Shown piece after piece: positions 1-12,249 of a stretch of DNA of 64,000 nt (the first letter of the stretch is position 1; each line of letters opens with the position of its first letter). Source of the DNA: Octopus sinensis (Eukaryota); the NCBI RefSeq assembly GCF_006345805.1, contig NC_043018.1, forward strand, positions 17,546,001-17,610,000. The letters are read 5' to 3'. The notes beneath the pieces were generated by a model that saw nothing but the letters and a program-made list of their open reading frames with translations, made no database searches and was not told the origin of the DNA. Position numbers and translations under genes: made by a program.

Positions 1-1522
1 ATAGTTAAATGATCATATTTCTTTACTCTTATTACTGGAAAATCAAAACTTTCTGTTAACGCTCTTCTACCGACTTGTCACTTTCGCGAACAGTTTAAAT
101 TTCTTGCGAAGCGCCAGAGTCGTTAGAGTAACGAAAATAATTATTTCAACTCTTTACAATTTGAATTGAAACTCTGCTGAAGTCGAGATTAATTTTTATT
201 CTATCAGAACTTCATAATTTTTTTACTGGTCAAGCACTAGGGACGATATAGATTAATCTTTTCACAATTGCTAGCTTTGTGTTTACGTTAGACACCACTA
301 TATTTCAATAAATTATGTGTTCAGATTATCATTCAATAGTGAGAATATAATAAGTTTTGCAGCAAATCATGAACCAATATCATTGGTATAAAGCGAGATA
401 AATACAGAAATGAAAACACCGTTGAAATCCTATTCATTTTTTAACCAGTGCAGCCTTGTTACTGCATCCGTCACTTTGGTCATCGTAGCGAGGAAGGGTT
501 CTGATTTGCGTTTTCGAACTTTCTATAAAATCCTTCAACTTCTCACCACTATCAAGAGTTTCATTGTGAAGTAATTCAATAACCCCAAAATGGGGCATTG
601 CGTTCTATTGCAGTACTATTAAGCACTCTATCATCTGAATGAAAAAAATAACCGACAACTTTTCTTCGTAAGATCCGAAGATATCAAGTTGCTTTAGCTC
701 TTCGGAAGACAAAAAAATCAACACCACACAATGTTCGAAGTTTGTTAGCAAACTGACGTCTTGGAAGGAAATAGATTTTTAATCCGACTACAATAGCAGA
801 ATAGAAATATGGTAAAATGTAACAAGAAATAATATTTCCAGCACAGGGTTTTGATGTGAGAGCTTCAAGAGGGAGGTATTGAAAATTAAGTTCTTCCTGC
901 TGAGTAAATTTTCAACTTGGTAATTAAACGTAGACTAACTGAAGAAATTAAAAGTATCAGAAACAACCGTTGATAGAGATTGGCTCATGAAATTCTGATA
1001 GGTGTTGGCTACGCAAGTGCCACGTCATGCATAATCCAAATCCGAGGAGAGGTTCTGAGAAATGACTCAAAAAGCAAAACAAGAAACTGATTTCACAATC
1101 AAGACATTTTAACGAGAGACGTACCGTATTCAAACGTAAAACGTAAAAGTTATTATACCATAGACATTAATCATTTGACTATTACAAGTTTAGATATGAT
1201 AAAATATTTTCAACATGTCTCTGTGATCTTCAGTATTTTACAAAGCTGTAGGGCTTTTCAATATATGTTTTTGATCGTATCCTCAAAAAGAAAACAAAAA
1301 TTAAATTAATAATCGGAAATATCATCAATAGACTCAGTGATGAAGTTAAATCCTAACATTGAAAAACTCGAGGCAATTTATCATTTCATTGGGGGGACAA
1401 AATAATATTAGCAACTGACGCATTTCCTTGTATTCAAATCAATTATATTCAAATTCATGTATTATTTATCATGGGTCAATAAAGAATTACCAGTAATGTA
1501 TTCTGTTGACTCAAGTTGACAG

Positions 1523-1556
<34 letters not shown>

Positions 1557-1617
1557 CAATTCTTTGTTTGTATTCCACCTGCCTTCGTCTTTTGTTTATT
1601 TTCATAAAGCTTCCCGT

Positions 1618-1648
<31 letters not shown>

Positions 1649-2159
1649 CAGGCGACTGCAAACACCATTGATTCATTGATGAATGAGACAGCATATATAT
1701 ATATATATCAAAGAATTTTGATCTCATTCTCTTACCATAGAAGCCTACGCTATATCATATCATCTAAGATATATGTAAATCATATATCATACAAAAACCA
1801 TCTTGGTAAATGTTTCATGTGAACAAATGAGTTGCATTAAACTGTCAAACGTATGACTTTAATTTTACAGGGATGCAGAAGTCCCTATAGAAGGTTTGTC
1901 GTATATAAAGCTTGAAGGTTTTTAGAATTACATTTTAAGAAACAGTTTATGCTCAGTAAACGATTTTATTACATTAGGTACATACATGCTCATACATATA
2001 TGCATGCATATAAATATATATATGTGTGTGTGTGTGTGTGTCTATGTATATATATATATACATACATACATACATATGTATATACATATATATATATATA
2101 TATATATGTGGTGTGTGTGGTCTATGTAATATATATATATACATACATACATACATATG

Positions 2160-2214
<55 letters not shown>

Positions 2215-2513
2215 TATATTATATATAATTTCAACAATTGAGGGTAAAATTAATTAATTATTAATCAATTTTACCAAGTATTCAGTATGTAAAGGGACCA
2301 TTTAAGGCGAATTCAAATTATTACATTATATAAAAGGGCTTAGTAAAATAAATTACTTTGCCACATACTGAACTCATTAGAAATAGCAGCTAAAAAAAAA
2401 TTTTTTTAACTATTTCTAATACTTAAAGAAAATCTCTCTCATATAGTGTTTGCTTAAGTCAACTCACGAAAGTATGAGGGTAAAAACATTAAAACATCAC
2501 AAATGCAAAGGTT

Positions 2514-2572
2514 ATTTGAGAACGTACGTTTCTAGATTAGTCAAATCGACATTTCTTTCGTCAGCTCAGAAT
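2514..2572 (-). ncRNA. type I hammerhead ribozyme
   Basis: reverse complement reads AUUCUGAG CUGACGA AAGAAAUGUCGAUUUGACUAAUCUA GAAA CGUACG UU CUCAAAU; intact core, palindromic stem III ACGUACGU. Confidence 0.8.
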
Positions 2573-3196
2573 TCCTTGGTTCGGATTTGGGAACACTGAA
2601 AGCGGGAGCATACCCTTTTAGCTTCCTATCACTTCTGAAGATCTGCTCGGACTATCAGTGTTAGCAAATTCAAAATATGCAAGCGAAGAATTTCTGCTCT
2701 CCCTTTCACCAGCGTGGGTTAAAATTAGTAAACACTTTGTTTTATCGGTAAAGACCGAAGTATTAAATAGAGAGAAATAAATTATAATTTCAACAATTGA
2801 GGGCAAAATTAATTAATTATTAATCAATTTTACCAAGTATTCAGTAGTAAAGGACCATTTAAGGCGAATTCAAATTATTACATTATATAAAAGGGCTTAG
2901 TAAAATAAATTACTTTGCCACATACTGAACTCATTAGAAATAGCAGCTAAAAAATTTTTTTTTAACTATTTCTAATACTTAAAGAAAATCTCTCTCATAT
3001 AGTGTTTGCTTAAGTCAATTCACGAAAGTATGAGGGTAAAAACATTAAAACATCACAAATGCAAAGGTTATTTAATTAATTCTTCGCTTGCATATTTTGA
3101 ATTTGCTAACACTGATAGTCCGAGCAGATCTTCAGAAGTGATAGGAAGCTAAAAGGGTATGCTCCCGCTTCAGTGTTCCCAAATCCGAACCAAGGA

Positions 3197-3255
3197 ATTC
3201 TGAGCTGACGAAAGAAATGTCGATTTGACTAATCTAGAAACGTACGTTCTCAAAT
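3197..3255 (+). ncRNA. type I hammerhead ribozyme (inverted copy of 2514-2572)
   Basis: CUGACGA at 3205-3211, GAAA at 3237-3240, stem III ACGUACGU, predicted cleavage after U3248, stem I UGAG/CUCA. Confidence 0.8.
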
Positions 3256-3494
3256 AACCTTGCATTTGTGATGTTTTAATGTTTTTACCCTCATACTTTC
3301 GTGAGTTGACTTAAGCAAACACTATATGAGAGAGATTTTCTTTAAGTATTAGAAATAGTTTAAAAAAAATTTTTTTAGCTGGTATTTCTAATGAGTTCAG
3401 TATGTGGCAAAGTAATTTATTTTACTAAGCCCTTTATATAATATATATATATTATATTCTAATATATATATATATATATATTATATATATTATA

Positions 3495-3631
3495 TATATA
3501 TTAAATTAGAGATAAAACCACTATTAGGCAAATCAAACAATGAAAAACATAAGCCAATACATGTTGGCTTATATCTTAGATGATATGATATAGCGTAGGT
3601 TCTATGGTAAGAGGATTAGATTAAGATTCTT

Positions 3632-3685
<54 letters not shown>

Positions 3686-3829
3686 ATATACATGTATTTC
3701 ATTGTTGATTTGCCTAATAGTGGTTTTATCTCTAATTTAATATAATATTAATATTTTACTATAAAACTGGATTAATCCTAAATCTGATTTTCCCTGTAAG
3801 TTTGGATTTATTCCCTAATATTTTATTAT

Positions 3830-3830
<1 letters not shown>
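3495..3830. repeat. (TA)n-associated dispersed repeat fragments (attaaattagagataaaaccactattaggcaaatc family) in both orientations
   Basis: 3500-3550 is inverted at about 3693-3741; same family at 22200-22400 (-) and 36295-36420 (+). Confidence 0.75.
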
Positions 3831-3875
<45 letters not shown>

Positions 3876-3896
3876 TATATATTATATATATATATA

Positions 3897-4047
3897 CCGG
3901 AGTAAATACATAAATGGGAAACAAGGTCGAAAAAAGAGTACTCAAATACCAGTGGTAGAGTAATATGCTTTATTTAAAGCAGCAGAAAATTCAACAAAAC
4001 CTGTTACTCTGAGTTTCTCGTTGCCGTTCATCGGACAGTTTTTGCTA

Positions 4048-4048
<1 letters not shown>
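3897..4048 (-). mobile_element. short PLE pseudo-LTR-like element embedded in (TA)n, with HHR
   Basis: homologous to 62226-62420; (TA)n on both sides. Confidence 0.7.
4001..4038 (-). ncRNA. minimal type I hammerhead ribozyme (U4C variant)
   Basis: reverse complement: CUGU CCGAUGA ACG GCAA CGA GAAA CUC A GAG UA ACAG. Confidence 0.65.
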
Positions 4049-4093
<45 letters not shown>

Positions 4094-4619
4094 ATACAAT
4101 ATTATATATATATATATATATGCATTTACATACTGAGAAATATATCTATCTGTGTGTGTGTGTGTTTGTGTAAGGTAACAGAAGTGGAAAGAAGCGAATG
4201 AGAGACGAACTTTTGGAGAAGTGGAAAACTAAGAACAAGTAGAAAAATAAGGCATGAGGCGAATAAGTACCAAAAACCCTGTTGGCATAACAAGTCGGGT
4301 ACAGAGAATAGAAAACCGTGAAGGAAAATCGAAAACCGGTTGACTGACGTTTCAAGAGAACCTTTTATCAAATTTCAATGCAACAGAAATACAGAAAAAT
4401 GAATCAAAGCTTACGAATTTATAGCACGTTTTTGTCTTTTACTGCACAATGCATAAAATATGTGTATATACATACATCCTACATGTATGTGTATACACAC
4501 ATGTTTGTATATATACACACATATGTGTATATACAAACATATATTGATGTATGTGAGTATGTATCCAGACACATACACACACAGACACATATGTATATAT
4601 ATATAGGGAGAGCTTACGA

Positions 4620-4787
4620 AAAAAAACAAAGACGAAGAGAGGTGGTGTACAAAACAAACAGATGTATTCGTATTACGTTTCGGGCTTACGCTCTTCTACA
4701 GAAATGGACACAGAAAAAACAAGGCGGAGAAACAAAGAGAAATAAAAACAGGAGGGAAAAAATGTGTGTATTGGCTAACGATCTCTC

Positions 4788-4790
<3 letters not shown>
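4620..4790 (-). mobile_element. PLE pseudo-LTR-like fragment with degenerate extra-A HHR (4671-4704)
   Basis: reverse complement UUU CUGUAGA A GAGC GUAA GCCC GAAA CG UA; downstream tacatctgtttg...tcttcgtcttt shared with 47700-47840. Confidence 0.55.
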
Positions 4791-4821
<31 letters not shown>

Positions 4822-6247
4822 GTATATGTATATATATGTGTGTGTGTGTATGTGGAGAGAGAGAGAAAGATTAGGTGTAATGACTACAGTAAAGGGGTGA
4901 CTGAAATGTATGGCTAGGAGTGAGAAATATGGGATCAGTAAGCAGAGAGTGCTATGTGATGTCCCTTTAGAAACGCAAGGTAAGTCATCGGCATCTCCCG
5001 TCTTAGATGGCTCATAATAAAGAAATTTCATTGTAATTAATCACACACTATTTAATCACGTTCAATTTAAATCTATGTGTTTCATTCTTCATAGTAATTT
5101 CTATTTCAACATTTAAATTGTCTATGGTTTGTTTTAGAACATTTAAATATAATTGTGATTGCTTATTTTCCATTTATTTCAATAATAGAATCCAATAATT
5201 GCTGTCAACCAGTTAACATCAATTATAGTTGTTTTTCCTCTAATATTTCGGTTACATTTAATTTCTAACTGTATTATTACAATTCACTTGCTATTCAGTG
5301 ACTCTTTGCTCACCATCAATGTGAAGTCTAGACTAAAATATATTATATGGTTTAATTGAATGCGGTAGTAATTCTCCTAATGGCAGTCGGTTGTTTGTTA
5401 TTATTATTAAATATCTTAACCATTATTTCCTTTTTAGTTTATAATTGCCATTATTTCTGTTGCTATTAACATTGGTGTTATTCAAGAATATTACTAATAT
5501 TATATCACTATTAGAACTACTTCTGAGAATGATATGAGTAGGAAAAGAGCTATGGGTCAGTAGGTCACGTGAATTGCTGGCGCGAACAGAGAAATGGAGG
5601 GCTGGGTCTGTGGTGAAGTTGCAGGGCGGTAGGGTGGTCGGATAAATGTTGGCAGAAAATGTGTAATCCAGTTTGAGGACTATTGAGGAGGGATGTAAGT
5701 AAGGCGAATGGGAGGCGAATACGGGTGGAACGAGCGTAGGAAGAAAGAGTGAATGCGCGGCCGGCACACCAAGCGTGGATAACTACGACTTGGATAACAG
5801 TCGGGTTTATCCTCATTAGCGGGAGTGCCAAACCATGTGTTGGGTCTGTGTCTCAGATCCATGGTTTTCATTACAGAGCCGACGGAAACGAAGGAGCTGA
5901 TGGATGGACAGCCAAGTAGGTTAGATGCAAATACAAACGCAGATACAGATCTATTCTGGAGAAAGACAAAATGGAAAAGAGAGAAGTGTATGAGAGAGAA
6001 GAGGAGAGACAAAGGAGTAAAAGCAGTTGAATGGTGGACAGAATGTACGATGACAGAACACCGACAAAGAATCTAATAATACTTGAAACGAAATAATAAT
6101 AATGCGTATATTTATTGGCAAATTGACACCCACAAGTATAACAATATATGTTTCAGCACATGATTTCAGATCAAGAATCTTGCATAGCAAGTACATAAAC
6201 GTGTATGTATATGTATATTTGTGTGCATGTGTGTGCGAGTGTGCGTG

Positions 6248-6292
<45 letters not shown>

Positions 6293-7171
6293 CTCTCTTC
6301 CCAGTAGAAATCCTCTCTTTAGAACAGTATCGATTTTCTACTTCTTTTGGGATTCGCGATCAGTAAATTGATAGGATCCTTTTGAGTCGTTGATACTTGT
6401 ATTTGTGTAACATATTAACCTATAACGGTGGCGAGGTAAGATTCGGATATTCTAGTATGTTACATATCTTTTCGATCATTCGATTTTATGTATAGCCGCA
6501 ATTACACAACACATTATACACAAATTGCTTTTTAAAGTCACTAACAACTCGATATCTGGTGACTCCTTTCCTTTTCTCAGAAATCGACAATGTCTATATC
6601 AGCAGACTGCTTCTAGGTTGGTATTCGTGTTGCTACGGTTCTTTTGATGGTTATATCACAGATATCGTCTTATACTATATCTTCACTCAGTACTTCTGGT
6701 ATAAAGGCCAAAACGATATAGCCAATACCATCATCGATTTTTTGGTCTATACCCGAAGTATGGTATATTAATATAGATCCGTATCACTCGTAGTATCTCT
6801 AACTTTTCTTCTTTCCATCCCTCATATTTCCATTCTTTCTTTTCATTTCGTGTCACTTTTCTCTTTTCTTCTGATGTTAACAGTTGGGTTTTAAGAATCA
6901 AATATTATTCACTTCACTCCAAGACATGACTATTTCTGCTCATCCTTTAGGGCGTGATTAAGGCAAAGTTAATACAAATTGTTGTCTTTGCTAAACTCGA
7001 CTATAAAACCTCGTAACGTGTTTCCCCCCACCCCGCATACGGCCACTGCGCAATATTTACAATAAATGGAATATATTCGAAAAAATATATCACGATAAGT
7101 AGGAAAACAGAGAAATGTAAGATAACACAGGAAAATAATCCTTTCTACTAAAGGCACAAGACCAAACATTT

Positions 7172-7355
7172 TGTGGAGCGTGGGGGTGGGGACTATTCGG
7201 TTATATCGCCCCCTGGTGATTCACTGGTTCATAATTTATCGAGCAGAAAGGATGAGAGCAAAGTCGACATCGGCAGAAGTTGAACTCAGAAAGTACAGAC
7301 GGATAAAATGTCGCCAAGCACTTTGCTCGGCGTGCTAACGATTCTCTCATGGTAT
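7172..7355 (-). mobile_element. degenerate SINE family B
   Basis: similar to the reverse complement of 10447-10680. Confidence 0.6.
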
Positions 7356-7884
7356 AATATAGTAGATCTTCACAGATTTAAAACTATTCCCATCCATCAA
7401 ATTGAAGGTATGCTACACCGGAACGAATACGAAAAACTCACCTCATTTACAGCTGCAGCACAAAAACAAAATGTCGTCTATAATATCACCTCAAACATTA
7501 TCAAAAGCGTTAGTCACTTTTTTTCTGAATTTGATTTCTAAAAATGGTGACCGATAGACTCGCGAAATTTAGGGTTAACATAATGAAGAGTGATTTATCT
7601 GTAAAAGTTTAAAAAATCAAAGCTTTTACAGCATATACAAAAATGATCAGAGGTCTTTTGAGCAGGACGGAAAATAACCTTTAGTGTGAAGGCCAAAAAT
7701 TAATATCGCAAATCAATAAGTAGAGTAGTGATAATATATTTAACACTCGAACAGTTTCCACAATTTCCCCTCCAACAGATTAGTTATGACTCGACAAACT
7801 ATTGACACGGTAAGGTTGATAGCTAGATTTAAAGTGAAAGAGAAGTAGAGTGTGAATGAGTGTGAGAGACAGGTGGTGTGTTTA

Positions 7885-7939
<55 letters not shown>

Positions 7940-8100
7940 GGATATGAAGTAGAGGTATCATACGTTCCGAATTGTAATTCATTACTTCATGTATGAACAG
8001 GCTTGAGATTTTCCGAGCAATGCAATTACTCTACAACTACACCCCATACACATGAATATATGTGTATGTATATATACATACTTATATATTTATTTTATGC

Positions 8101-8146
<46 letters not shown>

Positions 8147-8489
8147 ATATATATATAAGTATATATATATGAATATATACAACTGTATATACATATATAT
8201 ATAATATATGTACATGATTATATACATATATATATATGTATTCATACACATATACATATACTTAAATATTTATATATATATATGTATATATATATATATA
8301 ATATATATATATATATACACTACATATACATACACACACATACAGAGAGACACACACATTTATATATGTATATATATTATATATACATGTAATAACTTTG
8401 TACTCCACAAACTTGTAGATTAACCCATTAGATTAATGTAAAATTGCTTTTATTGTAATTGAATATGAAAATTCTAATATATATATATA

Positions 8490-8686
8490 AACTTCCTTCT
8501 TTTATTCTTTTACTTGTTTCAGTCACCTGACAGCGGCCATGCTGCAGTACCACCTTGAAGGGCTTTTAGTTGAACATAGCACTTTATTAAGACTAGTTCT
8601 TATTCTGTCGGATCCCTTTTCCGAACCGCTATCGTACTGGGGCGTGAAGACGTGCGCATCAGTTGTCAAGCGGTGAGTGGGGAGTA
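8490..8686 (-). mobile_element. SINE family A, 3' part
   Basis: cttttacttgtttcagtca...cggccatgctg matches the family A tail. Confidence 0.75.
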
Positions 8687-10446
8687 AAGCATTTTATACT
8701 CAATTCGGGGAAGTTATATCCTCATTAACGATTTCATAATCCAAGGTATTCCTCTGGTTTAATCCCTATCATGTAATGCGAAAATCATTAGTGTGTGTTA
8801 CGGATTACTGAAATTATCAATGTTGGGGGAGGGAAGTAGAAATTCGAGAAATAATGGATTCATGAATAATTTATTTGTATGCTATAAAATGATGAAAATC
8901 CCTTTTAAAAAACATAACAGTACAAAGAAGAGAAGACAGATAGCGCAAACATCTGCCAAGGCAACGAATTAACCCATGATTTTAAAAATGAGAATATCTG
9001 GAATAAATTCGACTGCTTTCACAAACAAGAATACTAAAGATGAACCTGACTGCTTTCAAAAATTAAGTAGAAAAAAGAGGGAAAATAATCCAGAATCCTG
9101 GTTCAGTACCTGATCGATCCCAATGGTAGTCAGGAAAAGTGAAGGTGGGTGTGTGAGTCATGTTTCTAATACTGTGTGTGTGTCATCTGCAGTGGGAACA
9201 TGGACAGTTTTCTCTATGAAGGTCAAATTTTAATCTTATCCGCTGATATAGTGTCTTTTACGGGCATGAAGGTAAAGGTGTATCCGCGTGTGAAAGAAAA
9301 CGGAAAAGACCTGCATGCAGGGCTGTTGGCGGACATCGGGTCTATATATCACCGTCGCCTCACAGATGACCCCTTCAGCCTCAAATTGGCTCCCTAATTG
9401 AAAGTTATATACACTGCAAGAGCAACATGCCTCCTAACTTGTAATGTGGATACTTGTTAAAATGTTTTTGGTGTTAGGTGTATAACTAAAGGAGACTCTT
9501 CGGTTGTGCCTGTTAAATAAGTGCCTGTATCTATGTGCGAAATGTTTATGAGGCTACGGTGATACCTAGACCTTCCAGCAGCAATATTGGCATATTAACC
9601 AGATCTCACGCCAGTACAGTTGCCACGCCCAGAGATAATATCCGGTCCGAGGGACCAGCGTCACTGAGGGCGTCATCGATTACCCCGGTACCACCACCAG
9701 AGTTAATGAACAAACCATAGACACATACAGATGGACCAAGCCCGCAACATATGTTACCACCAGTACAATCGCCACACCTAGAGATGATGACCAATACTAG
9801 ACCAGCGACATGGAGGAGGTATTCGGCGTTCCTAGTACCACCACCATAGATGATGAACATATAATTAATCTTCGACACCGATGAATCTGGTGTTATAAAA
9901 TAGAGCCAAGAACGGAGGCAATCTAGCAACCAGAAATGCTATAAACCAAAATCAAGTACAAAGCAGATCTTGCACGGTTTTGAACTACATGCAACAATAC
10001 TGTATTATCCCCACTTTCAATTCTACTAATTAAACGCCATTTCTTCTAATTAAAATCATTTTAAGAGCGTTCTCATATCCTTTTATAACCGTACTCATCT
10101 CTGTGTTCTGTCTATAAATGGAATCAAAAGGAATATACAAATATTACAATCTCAGCCCACAGATGCTAAACCCAGGCATTGATATTGCATTGTAGTTTAT
10201 TAATTGTCGTATTGTCACGCTACAGCACGCAATATCTTTGTGTTCAGCCACTTGCTGGAGTATGTAGTTCTGTCATTCCGCATCACATCAGTTCGTTAGG
10301 AAGATTTATACAACGTTATTATTTACCGAATGCAATACAACTTATCTATACCTAGAGTGACATATATCTGACTGTATGCATTGCACACCTGTATGTATGT
10401 ATGTATGTCTCTGTCTGTGTATTTGTATGCATATATAAAAGTGTGT

Positions 10447-10680
10447 AAGGCGGCGAGCTGGCAGAAATGTTAGCACGCCGGGCGAAATGCGTAGCTGTAT
10501 TTCGTCTGCCGTTATGTTCTGAGTTCAAATTCCGCCGAGGTCGACTTTGCCTTTTATCCTTTCGGGGTCGATTAAATAAGTACCAGTTACACACTGGGGT
10601 CAATATAATCGACTTAACCCGTTTGTCTGTCCTTGTTTGTCCTCTCTGTGTTTATCCCCTTGTGGGTAGTAAAGAAATAA
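10447..10680 (+). mobile_element. SINE family B, full length, with 15-bp TSD
   Basis: aggcggcgagctggcagaa head; TSD tatataaaagtgtgt at 10432-10446 and 10681-10695. Confidence 0.9.
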
Positions 10681-11339
10681 TATATAAAAGTGTGTGGTTG
10701 TGTATGTGTTTTTTTCTTCGATCTAGTGCATACCTGAAAGATGGAGGAAATAGTACTTGCCTATGAATTTCAGAACTCTGATGAATATTCATCAGAGCAT
10801 TTGCAGGCAGCAGTAATAATCCGAGACAGACCATGAATTAGTCGGAAGTGTTCTCTTTCTGACAACATCAAGAAGGGTTTCCAGAATTTTTTAGACTTTT
10901 GTTGGAGTACAGGTATATCTGTACCAGATGATTATAATTTTTCTATATCAAAACTATACATCCCAAGATATAACCTGTCGACTCCCGTTATTCCAGATTG
11001 AAGGAGACGGTTGCACATTCGCTTTGAAGACGCTACACTAAACGTTCCATGTCACAACTGACTAGTTTAAAGAATGTAGTCGCCACGTGAAGTCAATATG
11101 GAAGCCGGTTATGCAATAACACTTTTTCGTTAAACTAAACACAAACACTTGACTGCTTCTGGATTAATTATAGAAACCAAGAATATCTTATATATATATA
11201 TATATTGTTGTATTTCGGAATGGTCATTTTGCCAGTGTAGCCAATAAAAACACACGCACTATTGGCTAAACTGGCAAAATGACCATTCCGAAATACAACA
11301 ATATCTGTTTCAAACACGACTTCACATAAAAAATCTTGC

Positions 11340-11439
<100 letters not shown>

Positions 11440-11707
11440 TAGTAGTAGTATAGTATAGTATAGTATAGTATAGACTGTGTCTCACACACCCTTCAGAAAG
11501 CCTTGCCTCATTATTTCCTTATTCCATCTACGCACACATGCAAAAGCAGATACACAGATACACATACCAAGCATTTCCGCACTCTCTTTTTACCAGAAAG
11601 CACTTTCTCTTTGTCCTACATCCGGTCACTTCAAAAATGTAACTACACGTTGGATATTAGCAATTTTTCTTTCTTCTTCCTTTTTCTTTGGAACTTCCAG
11701 ATTTTCC

Positions 11708-11744
11708 TGTTTCCGAAGAAGAGCTATGCTCGAAACGCAAAACA
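11708..11744 (+). ncRNA. degenerate extra-A type I hammerhead
   Basis: UGUUU CCGAAGA A GAGC UAU GCUC GAAA CG CA AAACA; stems I and II perfect, core U4C and U16.1C. Confidence 0.55.
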
Positions 11745-12249
11745 ATTACTCTTTTCTCTCTCCGAGCGTCGTATTACTACTTTGCATGTGTTACGTCCTC
11801 ACATTGTTGATCTTTTCTTGTTGTCTTTTTCTTTTCTTCTACGTTTTATGAATTAATTTCATATACGCCCACATGATATAATTTATATATAAACAGAAAT
11901 ATCAATCAATCATTTCTTCCTCCCTTTGACTATCTATACACCTCTCTCTTTCACTCTCTCTATATATATCTCTTTATCTCTATCTGTCTCTATGTCGCCC
12001 ATCCCGTTTATTAATCTCTTTTCTGAATAAGATGATGAAATTATTTTGTTAGCAACGTTAATATATAAACAAGTTGATGAGTTTTAGAATTTTACGTAAT
12101 TTATTTTCATTTATAAGAAACATTGAAAGTTGAAATAAATTGGAAAAGTTTCATTTCAATTAAAATTTATGTACAACTGTTTTCTGAATATAAGTATGCA
12201 AAAATTTTATGATTTGTTTTGAACATATAACGCGTTGTAAATTAACGCA

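Larger units (their letters stand above)
2225..3443. mobile_element. 559-bp PLE pseudo-LTR/retrozyme-like repeat: full unit (2225-2783), partial tandem unit (2784-3073), inverted partial unit (3078-3443), flanked by (TA)n
   Basis: ataatttcaacaattgaggg starts at 2225 and 2784 (period 559); 3078-3443 is the reverse complement of about 2325-2692; carries an HHR. Confidence 0.85.

Noticed and set aside
1195-1240. CUGAAGA...GAAA AUAU UU on the minus strand
   Set aside because: Stem II barely pairs, stem I is 3 bp, and no sister copy was seen; compatible with chance in AT-rich DNA.
6560-6790. Acidic peptide-like reading on the minus strand
   Set aside because: Multiple stops and no assignable family.
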